Source: Waddliaceae bacterium (GTDB lineage Bacteria; Chlamydiota; Chlamydiia; Chlamydiales; JABHNK01). From it: 64,000 nt of DNA. A model generated the notes under the pieces. It ran no database searches, was not told where the DNA came from, and saw only the letters and a list, made by a program, of their open reading frames with translations. Shown one piece after another: positions 24,952 through 35,353 of this stretch; the first letter of the stretch is position 1; the number at the start of each line of letters is the position of its first letter. The stretch is taken from the NCBI GenBank assembly GCA_018694295.1, contig JABHNK010000021.1, positions 19,292-83,291 of the forward strand, in the 5' to 3' direction. A program made the position numbers and the translations under genes.

Positions 24952-26784
24952 ATGACAACGAAAAAACTACAAATACATAGCGAGAACATCCTTCCGATAA
25001 TAAAGCGATGGCTGTATTCCGACAAAGATATCTTTGTCAGGGAACTCGTCTCCAACGCTTGCGATGCCATCCACAAAGTGAAGGTCATCGCCGATAAAGG
25101 AGAAGCCTCCTCGCAAGAACATCGCATCGACATCACCGTCGACAAGGAAAAACGCACGCTAATATTTTCCGATACTGGGATAGGAATGGATGCCGAAGAA
25201 GTCGATACATATATCGCGCAGCTTGCCTTTTCTGGCGCCGAAGAGTTCATAAAAAAATATCAGTCTAACGAAGAAAAAGACCAGATAATAGGACACTTCG
25301 GACTAGGATTCTACTCGGCGTTTATGGTCTCAGAGAAAGTCGAAATCGATACGCTTTCATACAAAAAAGATGCAGAAGCTGTCCTCTGGGAATGTGACGG
25401 CGGAGTAGAATATACAACAGGAAAAGGAAAACGCAAAGAGCAAGGCACAACGATAACGTTGCACGTCGACAAAGACAACGAAGAATACCTCGAGGAGCCG
25501 CGGATTAAAGGCATGCTAGAGAAATATTGCGCCTTCCTTCCATACCCGATATACCTCAACGACACCCATATCAACGCAAAAGAACCACTGTGGATTAAGA
25601 ACGCCGCAGACTGCACCGACGACGAATACCGCGAATTCTATCGGCAGCTGTACCCCTTCGAGCAAGAGCCGCTTTTCTGGGTGCACCTAAACGTCGACTA
25701 TCCCTTCAACCTGCGAGGTATACTGTACTTCCCGAAAGTTAAACGCGACTACGATTTCCGTAAGAATAATATAAAGCTTTTCTGTAACAGAGTATTCGTC
25801 AACGACGACTGTAAAGACCTTATCCCAGAATACCTCACCGTCCTTCGCGGCGCTATCGATAGCCCAGACATCCCCCTAAACGTCTCAAGAAGCTGCCTGC
25901 AGATGGACAGGACAGTACGACAGCTTTCAGGGCATATCGCCAAAAAGGTCTCCGACAAGCTCGCAACGCTATATAAAACCGACAAAGAGAAATTCATAGC
26001 ATCATGGAGCGACGTTGAGATAATAGTTAAACTCGGCGCCATGGAAGACGATAAATTCTATAAAAAAATAAAAGAATTCCTCATCTGGAAGAATACCGAC
26101 GGAGAGTGGGGCACCGTAGAAGAATATATCGAGAAAAATAAAGATAAAAACGATAACAAAGTCTTCTACACCTCCGACGCAAAACACAACGCACACGTCC
26201 TAGATATATATCGTGAGAAAGGAATAGAAGTTCTTAATCTTTCATCCATGATAGACACACACCTTATAAATTTCCTGGAAGGACATATCGCTCCAGCGAA
26301 GTTCCAACGTATCGACGCCGGCATCGTAGATGCTATAATCGATACCTCCAAAGAAAAAACTGTCCTCGACGCCGACGGTAAAACAGAATCTGTACGCCTA
26401 CAGGAATATGTCAGCAGTAAGCTCGACATCGAAAACGTCGAAGTCACAGCAAAAAGCTTGGCGACGGAATCAATACCTGCTATGATAACAATAGACGAAG
26501 ACCAAAGAAGGTTCCGCGACTATATGCGCGTCGCCAACCCAGGAGATATTCCTGCAATGCCAGTGAAGCAGTCTTTCGTCGTTAATACCAACAACGCGCT
26601 GATGAAGGCGATACAGGAGCTGGAAAGCGGCGACGAAGCCCTGACAAAAAATCTTATAGCACACCTATATGAGTCGACACTCCTCGCACAGCATGAGCTC
26701 GACAGCGCACAGCTAACAGAATACGTCGTACGTAGCAACGCTATAATAGAAAAACTTGCAAAGAAATCAACAGGAGCAAAATGA
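24952..26784 (+). CDS. htpG: molecular chaperone HtpG (Hsp90)
   Basis: 610 aa. GHKL ATPase N-terminus ([32 protein letters not shown]). Confidence 0.9.
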   Translation: MTTKKLQIHSENILPIIKRWLYSDKDIFVRELVSNACDAIHKVKVIADKGEASSQEHRIDITVDKEKRTLIFSDTGIGMDAEEVDTYIAQLAFSGAEEFIKKYQSNEEKDQIIGHFGLGFYSAFMVSEKVEIDTLSYKKDAEAVLWECDGGVEYTTGKGKRKEQGTTITLHVDKDNEEYLEEPRIKGMLEKYCAFLPYPIYLNDTHINAKEPLWIKNAADCTDDEYREFYRQLYPFEQEPLFWVHLNVDYPFNLRGILYFPKVKRDYDFRKNNIKLFCNRVFVNDDCKDLIPEYLTVLRGAIDSPDIPLNVSRSCLQMDRTVRQLSGHIAKKVSDKLATLYKTDKEKFIASWSDVEIIVKLGAMEDDKFYKKIKEFLIWKNTDGEWGTVEEYIEKNKDKNDNKVFYTSDAKHNAHVLDIYREKGIEVLNLSSMIDTHLINFLEGHIAPAKFQRIDAGIVDAIIDTSKEKTVLDADGKTESVRLQEYVSSKLDIENVEVTAKSLATESIPAMITIDEDQRRFRDYMRVANPGDIPAMPVKQSFVVNTNNALMKAIQELESGDEALTKNLIAHLYESTLLAQHELDSAQLTEYVVRSNAIIEKLAKKSTGAK

Positions 26785-28592
26785 TATTCGAATACGATAG
26801 AAAGAAGATACGCAACTTCTCTATCATAGCACATATCGACCACGGAAAGTCGACGATAGCAGACCGATTCCTAGAGATAACACGTACCGTGTCGTCACGA
26901 GATATGCAAGAGCAAATTCTCGACGATATGGATCTCGAACGCGAGAGGGGCATAACAATAAAAGCCCACCCCGTAACAATGCTATACAAAGCCTCCGATG
27001 GTGACGTCTACGAGTTCAACCTCATCGACACACCAGGACATGTGGATTTCTCCTACGAAGTGTCGCGCTCGCTTTCAGCATGCGAAGGCGCACTGCTCAT
27101 AGTCGATGCCGCACAAGGCGTACAGGCGCAAAGCCTAGCAAATGTACACCTCGCCGTAGAACGCGACCTCGAGATCGTCTCAGTAATAAATAAGATAGAC
27201 CTCCCCGCAGCAAACGTCGCAGAAGCAAAAAGACAGATAGAAGAAGTTATAGGACTCGATGCCTCAGAAGCACTGCCATGTTCTGCTAAGACAGGAGAAG
27301 GCGTAGCGCCGATCCTCGAAGCTATCATAGAGAAATTCCCGCCACCAAAAGACCCCGAAGATGATAAGCTTCGCGCTCTTGTCTTCGACTCGCATTACGA
27401 CCCATACCGCGGTGTGATGGTATACGTCCGTATCATCAGCGGCACGATGAAGAAAGGCCTCGATATCACCATGATGGCTACAGGGAATAGCCACGAAGTC
27501 CTAGACCTCGGAATCTTTACCCCCGAAGAGAAGCCCGTAGAAATCCTGCGCCCCGGAGAAGTAGGGTATATCGTTTCGAACATAAAAAATACCGCAGATG
27601 TCAAGATCGGAGATACGATAACGCTGAAGAGAACTCCTGTCGCTGAACCGTTGCCAGGCTTTAAAATTATCAACCCCGTCGTCTTCGCAGGGATTTATCC
27701 CGTCGATACCACAGACTTCGAAGCACTACGTGAAGCACTCTTCAAACTACAGCTCAACGACTCATCACTACACGTAGAACAGGAGACGAGCATGGTCCTG
27801 GGCTTCGGATTCCGATGCGGATTCCTCGGACTTCTGCATATGGAGATAATATCGGAACGCATCCTCCGAGAATATGATATCGATATAATAACGACAGCGC
27901 CTAGTGTCATATATAAAATAACATCAATCAAGGGTATAACGAAAGAACTCGACAACCCTATACATTACCCCGATCCTTCACAGATAACGATGGTAGAAGA
28001 ACCGTGGGTGACATGCCACGTCATGACACCAAACGAATACCTCGGCGCTATCATGAGCCTGGCACAAAATAAACGCGGCGAATGCGTAAAAACAGACGCC
28101 CTCGATAGCACGCGACTCCTTATGACATACCGCTTCCCCCTCAACGAAATAATAACGGATTTCAACGACAAACTTAAATCCGTGACACGAGGATACGCCT
28201 CTTTCGACTACGAATTCTACGAATATAGAAAAAGCGATATAATAAAACTCGAGATACGTGTCAACGAAGAACCCGTCGATGCCTTCTCGTCGCTAGTACA
28301 TAGAAGCAAAGCAGAATCAAAAGGACGCTCTCTATGTTCTAAACTCAAAGACGCCATACCTCGGCAGCTGTTCAAAGTCCCTATACAGGCAGCGATAGGA
28401 GGGAAGGTCATCGCTAGAGAGACCATCAGTGCCATGTCGAAAAACGTCACAGCAAAATGCTACGGCGGCGACATCACAAGAAAACGTAAGCTCTGGGACA
28501 AACAGAAGAAAGGCAAAAAGAAGATGAAAGAATTCGGTAAAGTCTCAATACCACAGTCAGCCTTCATGGCAGTACTCAAAGCCGACGATTAA
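26781..28592 (+). CDS. lepA: translation elongation factor 4 (LepA)
   Basis: 603 aa. G-domain [21 protein letters not shown], and the LepA-specific C-terminal domain. 4-nt overlap with htpG. Confidence 0.9.
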   Translation: MIFEYDRKKIRNFSIIAHIDHGKSTIADRFLEITRTVSSRDMQEQILDDMDLERERGITIKAHPVTMLYKASDGDVYEFNLIDTPGHVDFSYEVSRSLSACEGALLIVDAAQGVQAQSLANVHLAVERDLEIVSVINKIDLPAANVAEAKRQIEEVIGLDASEALPCSAKTGEGVAPILEAIIEKFPPPKDPEDDKLRALVFDSHYDPYRGVMVYVRIISGTMKKGLDITMMATGNSHEVLDLGIFTPEEKPVEILRPGEVGYIVSNIKNTADVKIGDTITLKRTPVAEPLPGFKIINPVVFAGIYPVDTTDFEALREALFKLQLNDSSLHVEQETSMVLGFGFRCGFLGLLHMEIISERILREYDIDIITTAPSVIYKITSIKGITKELDNPIHYPDPSQITMVEEPWVTCHVMTPNEYLGAIMSLAQNKRGECVKTDALDSTRLLMTYRFPLNEIITDFNDKLKSVTRGYASFDYEFYEYRKSDIIKLEIRVNEEPVDAFSSLVHRSKAESKGRSLCSKLKDAIPRQLFKVPIQAAIGGKVIARETISAMSKNVTAKCYGGDITRKRKLWDKQKKGKKKMKEFGKVSIPQSAFMAVLKADD

Positions 28593-28658
28593 AACGACAG
28601 CGTATAGGAAGAGCGTATAGCGGATAGATAGAAATATTCTAACTTTTCCTACTATACG

Positions 28659-29228
28659 CTATCCACAGCTTTGTGGCAGGATGCCTTTGTCGCGGGCTTC
28701 GGCGATGGTGGTTGTCAGCGATTCTTTTTCTTTGGCGAGGGCGCGTTCGCGGATTTTTAGCTCTTCGAGGGTTAGGGTGGCGAGATCTTCGCGTAGACGC
28801 TGGACTTCGTAGGCATCGAAGAAATCTATCGTCTCTTCGAGCCAGCGACCTATACGTCTTTTGTCGAGATATTCTAGCTCCGACTCCTCAGGGATTTTTT
28901 TTAGAGATATATATTCCCTGTCGAGAGCGCCGAGGACCGATGTTATCTCGTCGAGAGTGTTGAGGGCGATACGTAAAACGGCGTCATGACACTGGACGTC
29001 GAGGTCTCTGCGGATGCGACGGTATTCGTAGGCGGCCTTATATTTCCCTACGCGTAAAAATCTTCCTATCGCAGCGTCGCGATGCATGGCCTTGTCATCA
29101 AGGACAATGCGCGGAACGTCGCGGGCGACAAGACTCTCGAGGTCTTCGTGAGCATCACAGTGGGAGTATTCCTCGTAAAGTTCTTGAGAAAGATCTTTCT
29201 CTTCTTGAAGTTCTTGACATAAGCTCAT
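28659..29228 (-). CDS. hypothetical acidic coiled-coil protein
   Basis: 189 aa with no recognisable domain. Ends ...TIAEARDKGILP, resembling the C-terminus of the divergent neighbour. Confidence 0.5.
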   Translation of the reverse strand: MSLCQELQEEKDLSQELYEEYSHCDAHEDLESLVARDVPRIVLDDKAMHRDAAIGRFLRVGKYKAAYEYRRIRRDLDVQCHDAVLRIALNTLDEITSVLGALDREYISLKKIPEESELEYLDKRRIGRWLEETIDFFDAYEVQRLREDLATLTLEELKIRERALAKEKESLTTTIAEARDKGILPQSCG

Positions 29229-29333
29229 AGCGATAATCCTTATATTGGTATATACTGGTATACATCTTGTGTACTAAAAAAAAGATTTTTGGTAAATAGG
29301 TTAATTGCACAAACAATATTAAGGAGCCTCGCA

Positions 29334-29978
29334 ATGAATACCAAAGCTTTCAAAGAATACCTCGTAAAACAGACGCTTTTCTTCGAAGAACAAAAGATGC
29401 GCTATGATCATTGTTTCGATGATATCACGCTGTCACAGCTTTTTAAACAAGGAGAACACATCCGCGAAGGTGCCTACGAAGCGCGCATAACGTCAAAAGG
29501 CTTCGCTCGTAAGGTCTTCTGGGGGAAGTTGTTGGGACTCTTCGGCACAGAGCGTAGGTATATGGCAGCATGGCATCGGTACCGCAACGCAGAAAAATTG
29601 GCGATACTACGTACGGCAGAAAAAATAGAGACCATCATCATCGCCGAAGCCGATAAGATAATAGCTGCTATGGAAGAAAACAACAAAGAAGAATATGACC
29701 TCGACGCCGTCGATAAAATCTTAAAAATAATGGAACGTAACGAGTTCCTCACAAGCGCTAAGATGGTGAAATCTAACGCAGGGCGTATCTTCCACGATAT
29801 CGAAGGACTCAGCCACGCAAAAAAAGAACGCGACACAATAAATGAACATATGAAAGAAAAAGAAGAAGAACTCCTTGTACAACAAGAAGCCCTAAGACGA
29901 CGCATCTCCATCGCCTACGACGAAGGACTGATACCAATTGCGAATAAAAAAAACTCTCATCGCCAATCACAACGATAA
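29334..29978 (+). CDS. hypothetical coiled-coil protein (possible distant paralogue of 28659-29228)
   Basis: I prefer ATG 29334, preceded by AAGGAG 7 nt upstream, over the track start 29289 (TTG). Ends ...ISIAYDEGLIP. Confidence 0.5.
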   Translation: MNTKAFKEYLVKQTLFFEEQKMRYDHCFDDITLSQLFKQGEHIREGAYEARITSKGFARKVFWGKLLGLFGTERRYMAAWHRYRNAEKLAILRTAEKIETIIIAEADKIIAAMEENNKEEYDLDAVDKILKIMERNEFLTSAKMVKSNAGRIFHDIEGLSHAKKERDTINEHMKEKEEELLVQQEALRRRISIAYDEGLIPIANKKNSHRQSQR

Positions 29979-30025
29979 CGATGAGAGCTAAGATCAATCG
30001 GATTTCACCGACAATACTTTAGATA

Positions 30026-30427
30026 TTAAGTATAATCAGAAATAACGATAACACGGCAATATAGTGTTATTCTTAAATGAGCGAAGATGTTTTTTTCTTC
30101 TTCGTTAAATGAGTTTTCTGTTCGAGCTTTAAATGCTTGGTCAATGTGGTCGATAATAACGTTTTTTATTCGCGTTGCTTTATAAGAGCAAAGAACAGTT
30201 ATGATTTTTGCCGTAATTCCCACAGCAACTGCTGCATAGGCAGCCGCGTTAAGTGGCAACAACATGGCGAATGCCAATGAAGCTACAGCTACAATTTTAC
30301 CCACTTGTGCTATCTTTTTGTATTTGTTGTGTTGTTTGATGGCTATATCACCAGTGTTGAACGCACCATCAGCTACAAAAAAAGTATTTAAATGTTCGCT
30401 GGCTTCTTTTGTAAGAGGTACTGTCAT
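30026..30427 (-). CDS. small Inc-like membrane protein (bilobed hydrophobic domain)
   Basis: I chose internal ATG 30427 (MTVPLTKEAS...) because the upstream part of the track ORF runs through repeat C1. There is a ~40-aa bilobed hydrophobic stretch IVAVASLAFAMLLPLNAAAYAAVAVGITAKIITVLCSY. Confidence 0.5.
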   Translation of the reverse strand: MTVPLTKEASEHLNTFFVADGAFNTGDIAIKQHNKYKKIAQVGKIVAVASLAFAMLLPLNAAAYAAVAVGITAKIITVLCSYKATRIKNVIIDHIDQAFKARTENSFNEEEKNIFAHLRITLYCRVIVISDYT

Positions 30428-30521
30428 AATACATTTCCCTTTGTTTATGTTAAAGATTGTTTTATTTCGTAATATATTATAGCACAGCAGGTTATAAATA
30501 GCCACAAAATATTTATATTTC

Positions 30522-30707
30522 TCCTCACCATCGCAATTGCGATGGTGAGGAACGGCAGCAAAGAAAAGAGCAAATGCGTTGCGCCTTTGCTCTTTTCTTT
30601 GTCGACTAAATGGGGAGTTCAGAGGCGGACACCGCCTTTGGCGCGGGATTGTCAAGGGCGCGCGGAGCGCCCTTGACCGCGGGTGGAGGGGTGCGGAACC
30701 CCTCCAC
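30522..30707 (+). repeat. Family-C modular multi-hairpin repeat, copy C1
   Basis: Five consecutive hairpins: CACCATCG-CAAT-TGCGATGGTG; CAAAGAAAAGAGCAAA..TTTGCTCTTTTCTTTG; AGGCGG-ACAC-CGCCT; GTCAAGGGCGC-GCGGA-GCGCCCTTGAC; GGAGGGGT-GCGGA-ACCCCTCC. Same module order as 46329-46479. Confidence 0.8.
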
Positions 30708-32767
30708 TATTCGATGGAGTGGATTAGTAGTCCTGCTAGTGCGTAGGAGTTTTTTGTGTTGCCGTGTGCTATGGCGTCGAGGATGGCGTTTACGCCTTTG
30801 GTTGTGTGACTTTGTGCTAGTGCTTGGTATGATTCTATTAGGAGCTGTGAAGTCTCGTGTGGTGTTAGTTCGTATAGTAGCGATTGCCGGTGTATTCCCC
30901 ATGGTACGAACGTTTGGAATTGTATTATTTCGTGGTCTTGCTGTCGTGATATCCAGTCTTCGAGGTTTTTTGTATAGGTTTCGCCTTGTCGTAGCCTGAA
31001 GAGGGCGAGGTTGCAGTAGTCGCGGATCAGTGGTGCGCCAGGGTGCTGCTGTTGTTGTTTTAGCAGTGATATTGCTTGTGGTGTGTTGAGGTTTTCGAGG
31101 AGGACGACGAGGGTGGGTACGAGGTCGTTCTGTTTTGCGGAGAAAATTTTCTGTGCTATTGTTAGGAATGTTTTTTCGGGGAGGTGTAAAGCTTCGGCGA
31201 GGATTTTTTTGCGAACTTCTAGCGATGTCGCCGTAACGTATGCGAACTCTTTTTCTTTGTCGGGGGGCATTACTACTTTGTATGCGGTGAGGGCTTTCCC
31301 CGGAGACATGTGTGGCAGGATTGCTATGGTGTCGCGGTCGTTTATCAGCGCTGAGCATATGCTGTCGACGCATTTTGTGCTGCGGAGTTGTAGCAGGGCG
31401 ACGCTGGCGTTGAGGCGCGGCGTTCCTGATGTCGTCGATAGAATTTTTACGAGGGCGTTTTCTACTGCGGGGATGTCTCCTAGCGCTGTTATTGCGAAGA
31501 TGTTCCCATTACTGGCGTGGTGGTATATTATATCGAGGGCGTCGTCGTCGCCAAGGGCGTGTAGTGACGCTGCTGCTGCTATTGCTACGTTATCGATAGG
31601 AGATGCCGACAGGGTTTTTAGCGTGCCGATGCTTTTATCGTCTTTCAGTGCTCCTAGCGCCCATGCACAGGCTTCTTGGTGTAGTGATGACGTGTCGCTG
31701 GCGATGGCGCGGATGTCGGGAAGGAGGTCGTCGCGGTTGTGACGCGCTGCGTTTATTATAGCTTCTATACGTATTGTTTCATCTTCGTCGGTGAGGTGCC
31801 GACGCAGTAGCGCCGTAGCTCGTGAGCTGCCTTCTATGGCGAGAAGTTCCGGGAAGATATACTGTAGCTCTTCGGGAGACTTCGCCATCAGGGCTTCTAT
31901 CTGTCCGAGGGCGGTATAGTATCGTTTCGTTGCTAGGCAGTATGTCGCTTCTAGACGTGTCGCGAGATATGACGACGTTATGCTTCTGTTGATGATATCA
32001 TCGGCGTAGTCGTTGCTGAGGTTTGACAGTGCGTGTATTGCTGCGAGCTGTATCGTGAGGTTTTCGCTCATAGCAGCACGGTATAGTATCGGCAGGACCT
32101 CTGTTGTCGCGACGACACCAGCGCCATATACTGTGAGAAGCTGGTCCTCGACGTCGCGGCTCGAACTTCCGCGCTCAAGAAGTATCATACCCATCTTTTT
32201 CAGGGTGTCGTAGTCGTCAGTGCCGGTGTCGACACATAATCGTCGGTATGATGATATCGCAGAAGCAGTGTCGCCGCTTTGCATAAGGAATAAAGCTTGT
32301 GATGGTGAGTACTCCACAGGAGCTTCTGAAGCGAGGGTTGTGACAACGGGGATATCATTGGCGATAGCATCATCGTTACGCTGAGGAGAACATCCCACAA
32401 GGAACACCGCGAGGAAAACTATTAATAGGAATTTTAGACACGGTTCAAAGCATGCTGTTTTATGGTGGCGGTTGATTTTACCAAAAAGATACAGAAGACT
32501 CTTTCGATTTCCTACTCCGAACTCCGAACTCCGAACTTTTTCACCACAGAGCCACAGAGTACACAGAGAGGACAGCGGACGGGCTAGGGGTTTCACCCCT
32601 AGAACCCCGAGGATTTTCTTTTGGGGTTTTGGGGGTCTGGGGGAGCATCCCCCAGCCAGACTGTTTTCTTTCTCTGTGTTCTCTGTGGCTCTGTGGTGAA
32701 AAATTCTATTCTTATTCCGAATTACGAACTTTTTATCCATACCGAAGTTTATTTTATGCTTTTCCAT
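30707..32767 (-). CDS. HEAT-repeat (PBS-lyase-like) protein, probable lipoprotein; start uncertain
   Basis: Lipobox-like FLAVFLVGCSP encoded near 32390, then repeated HEAT-like units (IRIEAIINAARHNRDDLLPDIRAIASD..., AIAAAASLHALGDDDA...). The only canonical start codons (32767, 32740) lie upstream of the in-frame family-A repeat A2. Confidence 0.6.
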   Translation of the reverse strand: MEKHKINFGMDKKFVIRNKNRIFHHRATENTEKENSLAGGCSPRPPKPQKKILGVLGVKPLARPLSSLCTLWLCGEKVRSSEFGVGNRKSLLYLFGKINRHHKTACFEPCLKFLLIVFLAVFLVGCSPQRNDDAIANDIPVVTTLASEAPVEYSPSQALFLMQSGDTASAISSYRRLCVDTGTDDYDTLKKMGMILLERGSSSRDVEDQLLTVYGAGVVATTEVLPILYRAAMSENLTIQLAAIHALSNLSNDYADDIINRSITSSYLATRLEATYCLATKRYYTALGQIEALMAKSPEELQYIFPELLAIEGSSRATALLRRHLTDEDETIRIEAIINAARHNRDDLLPDIRAIASDTSSLHQEACAWALGALKDDKSIGTLKTLSASPIDNVAIAAAASLHALGDDDALDIIYHHASNGNIFAITALGDIPAVENALVKILSTTSGTPRLNASVALLQLRSTKCVDSICSALINDRDTIAILPHMSPGKALTAYKVVMPPDKEKEFAYVTATSLEVRKKILAEALHLPEKTFLTIAQKIFSAKQNDLVPTLVVLLENLNTPQAISLLKQQQQHPGAPLIRDYCNLALFRLRQGETYTKNLEDWISRQQDHEIIQFQTFVPWGIHRQSLLYELTPHETSQLLIESYQALAQSHTTKGVNAILDAIAHGNTKNSYALAGLLIHSIE
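32505..32729. repeat. Family-A MITE-like element, copy A2 (inside the 5' part of ORF 30707-32767)
   Basis: (CTCCGAA)n flank, then TIR TTTTTCACCACAGAGCCACAGAGTACACAGAGAGG, hairpins CTAGGGGTTTCACCCCTAG and CTGGGGGAGCATCCCCCAG, and right TIR TTTCTCTGTGTTCTCTGTGGCTCTGTGGTGAAAAATTC. Confidence 0.85.
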
Positions 32768-33336
32768 AGATCTATCCCCACTTCTGAGAGTATCGATACC
32801 GTGGCGTTTATCGGCAAACCCATGACGTTATAGAAGCAACCCTCGATTTTATTTACGATGATACTTCCAGACTCTTGGATGGCATAGCCGCCAGCTTTGT
32901 CGCGGAAGTACAGCTGCCGATGATAGTTTTTTATCCTGTCGGCGGAGATGTCGTTGAAGAGAACACGCGTCTCTTCATGGCGGTAACGCTCTTCATCGCC
33001 ACAGCGCACCGCAATGCCGGTGAAGACGCTATGCCAGCGGCCTACTAGCGCCGAAAGCATATCGAAAGCAGCTTTTTCGTCGGAAGGCTTCTCATAGACA
33101 ACACCATCGCAGAATACCACCGTGTCGGCAGTGAAAATTATGTCTTCGGGATATCGATCGACAAGGGCGGCGGCTTTGCCACGAGCAACACGACATACAT
33201 AGTCGGCGGCATCGCCAGCGAAAGGAACATCGTCTTCAGAGAAATCAGCAACGGCAACTTCGAAGGGCATAGAGAAATATCCGAGGATCTCTTTCCTTCG
33301 TGGTGATGCCGAGCCTAATATTAGCTTTTTTTTCAT
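32749..33336 (-). CDS. maf: Maf-like nucleoside triphosphate pyrophosphatase
   Basis: 195 aa. LILGSASPRRKEIL N-terminus and YAIQ motif (GGYAIQE). Confidence 0.85.
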   Translation of the reverse strand: MKKKLILGSASPRRKEILGYFSMPFEVAVADFSEDDVPFAGDAADYVCRVARGKAAALVDRYPEDIIFTADTVVFCDGVVYEKPSDEKAAFDMLSALVGRWHSVFTGIAVRCGDEERYRHEETRVLFNDISADRIKNYHRQLYFRDKAGGYAIQESGSIIVNKIEGCFYNVMGLPINATVSILSEVGIDLWKSIK

Positions 33337-33659
33337 GATATCAGTGTCTGTGGGAAAAGTGTTAATGGTATGTTGTCGATGCGTAGAGTAGGGCAGTATC
33401 CTTGGATGATGTCGCGAAGAGATGTCTCAGCCTCGCGGATCTCAATAATAGTCGGTGACGATGAAGACATTGCCATGCCAATATATTCTTTGTCGTCATG
33501 GTGAGCCGTTATTATCGGAGCGGACCCACTGTCGCTGTCGGCATGCCATAATGCGCTGGCCTTCAGCGCTGTAGATACCGCTATCGTGGCCCTGAATCCG
33601 AGGAATAGACGGTATGTAACGCCGCTGAGAGCCTTTTCTGTTGTTTCTTTTAGAGCCAT
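33333..33659 (-). CDS. hypothetical protein
   Basis: 108 aa with an ATGA 4-nt overlap with maf, suggesting co-translation. No recognisable motif. Confidence 0.4.
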   Translation of the reverse strand: MALKETTEKALSGVTYRLFLGFRATIAVSTALKASALWHADSDSGSAPIITAHHDDKEYIGMAMSSSSPTIIEIREAETSLRDIIQGYCPTLRIDNIPLTLFPQTLIS

Positions 33660-33764
33660 TGTTATCCAGAGGTATTGTTTTCTTCGTAATCATACCACAA
33701 TTCGACCTTTACTCTGAAATAGAACATTTACTATACTTTTGCTGTTTCAAAAAAAGGACTGATA

Positions 33765-34508
33765 GTGACTAAAAAAGATATTGTATACACCGCAGAAGAC
33801 ATGTCACGTATTGATCGAGGAAGCGTTCCTCAGCATATCGCTATCATCATGGACGGAAATAGACGCTGGGCGAGAAGCCATAAGCTCGATATCGCGCGCG
33901 GACATTGGGAAGGCGGTGAGGCGCTACGGCGTACTATAAAAGCCTCTTCTGAACTCGGCGTAAAAGTCCTTACAGTGTATGCCTTCTCGACAGAGAACTG
34001 GGAGCGTCCCAGGGCGGAAGTCTCGGCGTTGATGACTCTTATCGAGAACTTCCTCATCGACGAAAGGGCTGCTATGGTACGTGAAGGAGTGCGTTTCGAT
34101 ACCATCGGCGATCTTTCACGCTTCCCAGAACATATTAATAAGATAATAGAAGTAACAAAAGAAGCCACGATAAAAGGTACGGCGATAACCCTCGTCCTTG
34201 CTTTGAATTATGGCGGACGTGATGAAATATGCCGTGCTGTCAACAAGGCCGTAGAAGGGAATAAGAGCGATGACGCCACTGCTATCACAGAAGAAATAAT
34301 ATCACAGCACCTTGACACCGCCAGATGGGGAGACCCGGATATGATGATACGTACCGGCGGAGAACGACGCCTTAGCAACTTTATGTTGTGGCAGCTGTCG
34401 TATGCTGAGCTTTATATTACTGAAGCTTTATGGCCGGAGTTTGGCTCTGATAAACTCCTCGAAGCAATATACAACTATCAAAAGCGAGAGCAGAGGTTCG
34501 GACGATGA
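33765..34508 (+). CDS. uppS: undecaprenyl diphosphate synthase
   Basis: 247 aa, GTG start. HIAIIMDGNRRWA and RTGGERRLSNFMLWQ motifs. Confidence 0.9.
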   Translation: MTKKDIVYTAEDMSRIDRGSVPQHIAIIMDGNRRWARSHKLDIARGHWEGGEALRRTIKASSELGVKVLTVYAFSTENWERPRAEVSALMTLIENFLIDERAAMVREGVRFDTIGDLSRFPEHINKIIEVTKEATIKGTAITLVLALNYGGRDEICRAVNKAVEGNKSDDATAITEEIISQHLDTARWGDPDMMIRTGGERRLSNFMLWQLSYAELYITEALWPEFGSDKLLEAIYNYQKREQRFGR

Positions 34509-35332
34509 AGGAACTACGACAAAGAATTTTCGTTGGTGGCGGAGTTATAGCATTATTGGTGGCGATGTTTATCATGGTGAGAAACCCAGCGTTCCTCCCC
34601 GTCGTCGCTATCGTCATCGCCGCTGTCGTTGGCGTGGCATTGTGGGAATATGCACAGCTCGCCATAGCAAAAGGATATAAACCATGCGTCAAAGGATACA
34701 TCACCTGTGGCGTAGCATATGTCGCCGCTACTACCGCGATATTTTATATCGACAACAGCTTCATCATGGGAAGTGTCGTCTTCTGGGCAGCAATTTTTTC
34801 ATTCTTCATATACCACGCTATACACCAAGATAAAGCTATAGAACACGTCGCTATCGCCGTGCTAGGGTTTGTGTATATCGCCGTAAGTATGTCTTTTATT
34901 GTGGCAATGGCATATCAGTGGGGGCCTCTCGTATTGATATACCTCATCGCCGTGACGAAAGTCACAGACATCGCAGCGTATTTCATAGGAAGAGGCTTCG
35001 GCAAGAAAAAACTAGCACCGACGATAAGCCCAAAAAAAACAATACTCGGAGCCTTCGCCGGAATAATAGCAGCGGCAGTGACAAGCGTCTCTTTTTTCTA
35101 CGGCACAGCGATCTTCCCTTATGACACAAAAGGAGGCTTCGTCTTGGCAATAGCACTGGGGATGATATTGTCGATATTAGGACAGATAGGCGATATGGCA
35201 GAATCCCTACTAAAACGTGACGCTGGCGTAAAAGATAGTAACGACATCCCTGGACTTGGAGGAGTCCTCGATATGCTCGACTCCCTCCTGTTTACCACTC
35301 CAGCACTATATCTATTTTTGATGATACTTTGA
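34505..35332 (+). CDS. cdsA: phosphatidate cytidylyltransferase
   Basis: 275 aa, multi-TM. C-terminal signature SLLKRDAGVKDSNDIPGLGGVLDMLDS. Confidence 0.85.
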   Translation: MKELRQRIFVGGGVIALLVAMFIMVRNPAFLPVVAIVIAAVVGVALWEYAQLAIAKGYKPCVKGYITCGVAYVAATTAIFYIDNSFIMGSVVFWAAIFSFFIYHAIHQDKAIEHVAIAVLGFVYIAVSMSFIVAMAYQWGPLVLIYLIAVTKVTDIAAYFIGRGFGKKKLAPTISPKKTILGAFAGIIAAAVTSVSFFYGTAIFPYDTKGGFVLAIALGMILSILGQIGDMAESLLKRDAGVKDSNDIPGLGGVLDMLDSLLFTTPALYLFLMIL

Positions 35333-35353
35333 TGATACTATAGGAAAAAAACA

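Noticed and set aside
30606-31373. 255-aa Arg/Pro/Thr-rich ORF, and the 219-aa plus-strand ORF at 31083-31742, overlapping the HEAT-repeat gene
   Set aside because: Both are alternative frames of a gene with clear repeat-domain signal. Their translations are compositionally extreme and begin in repeat C1.
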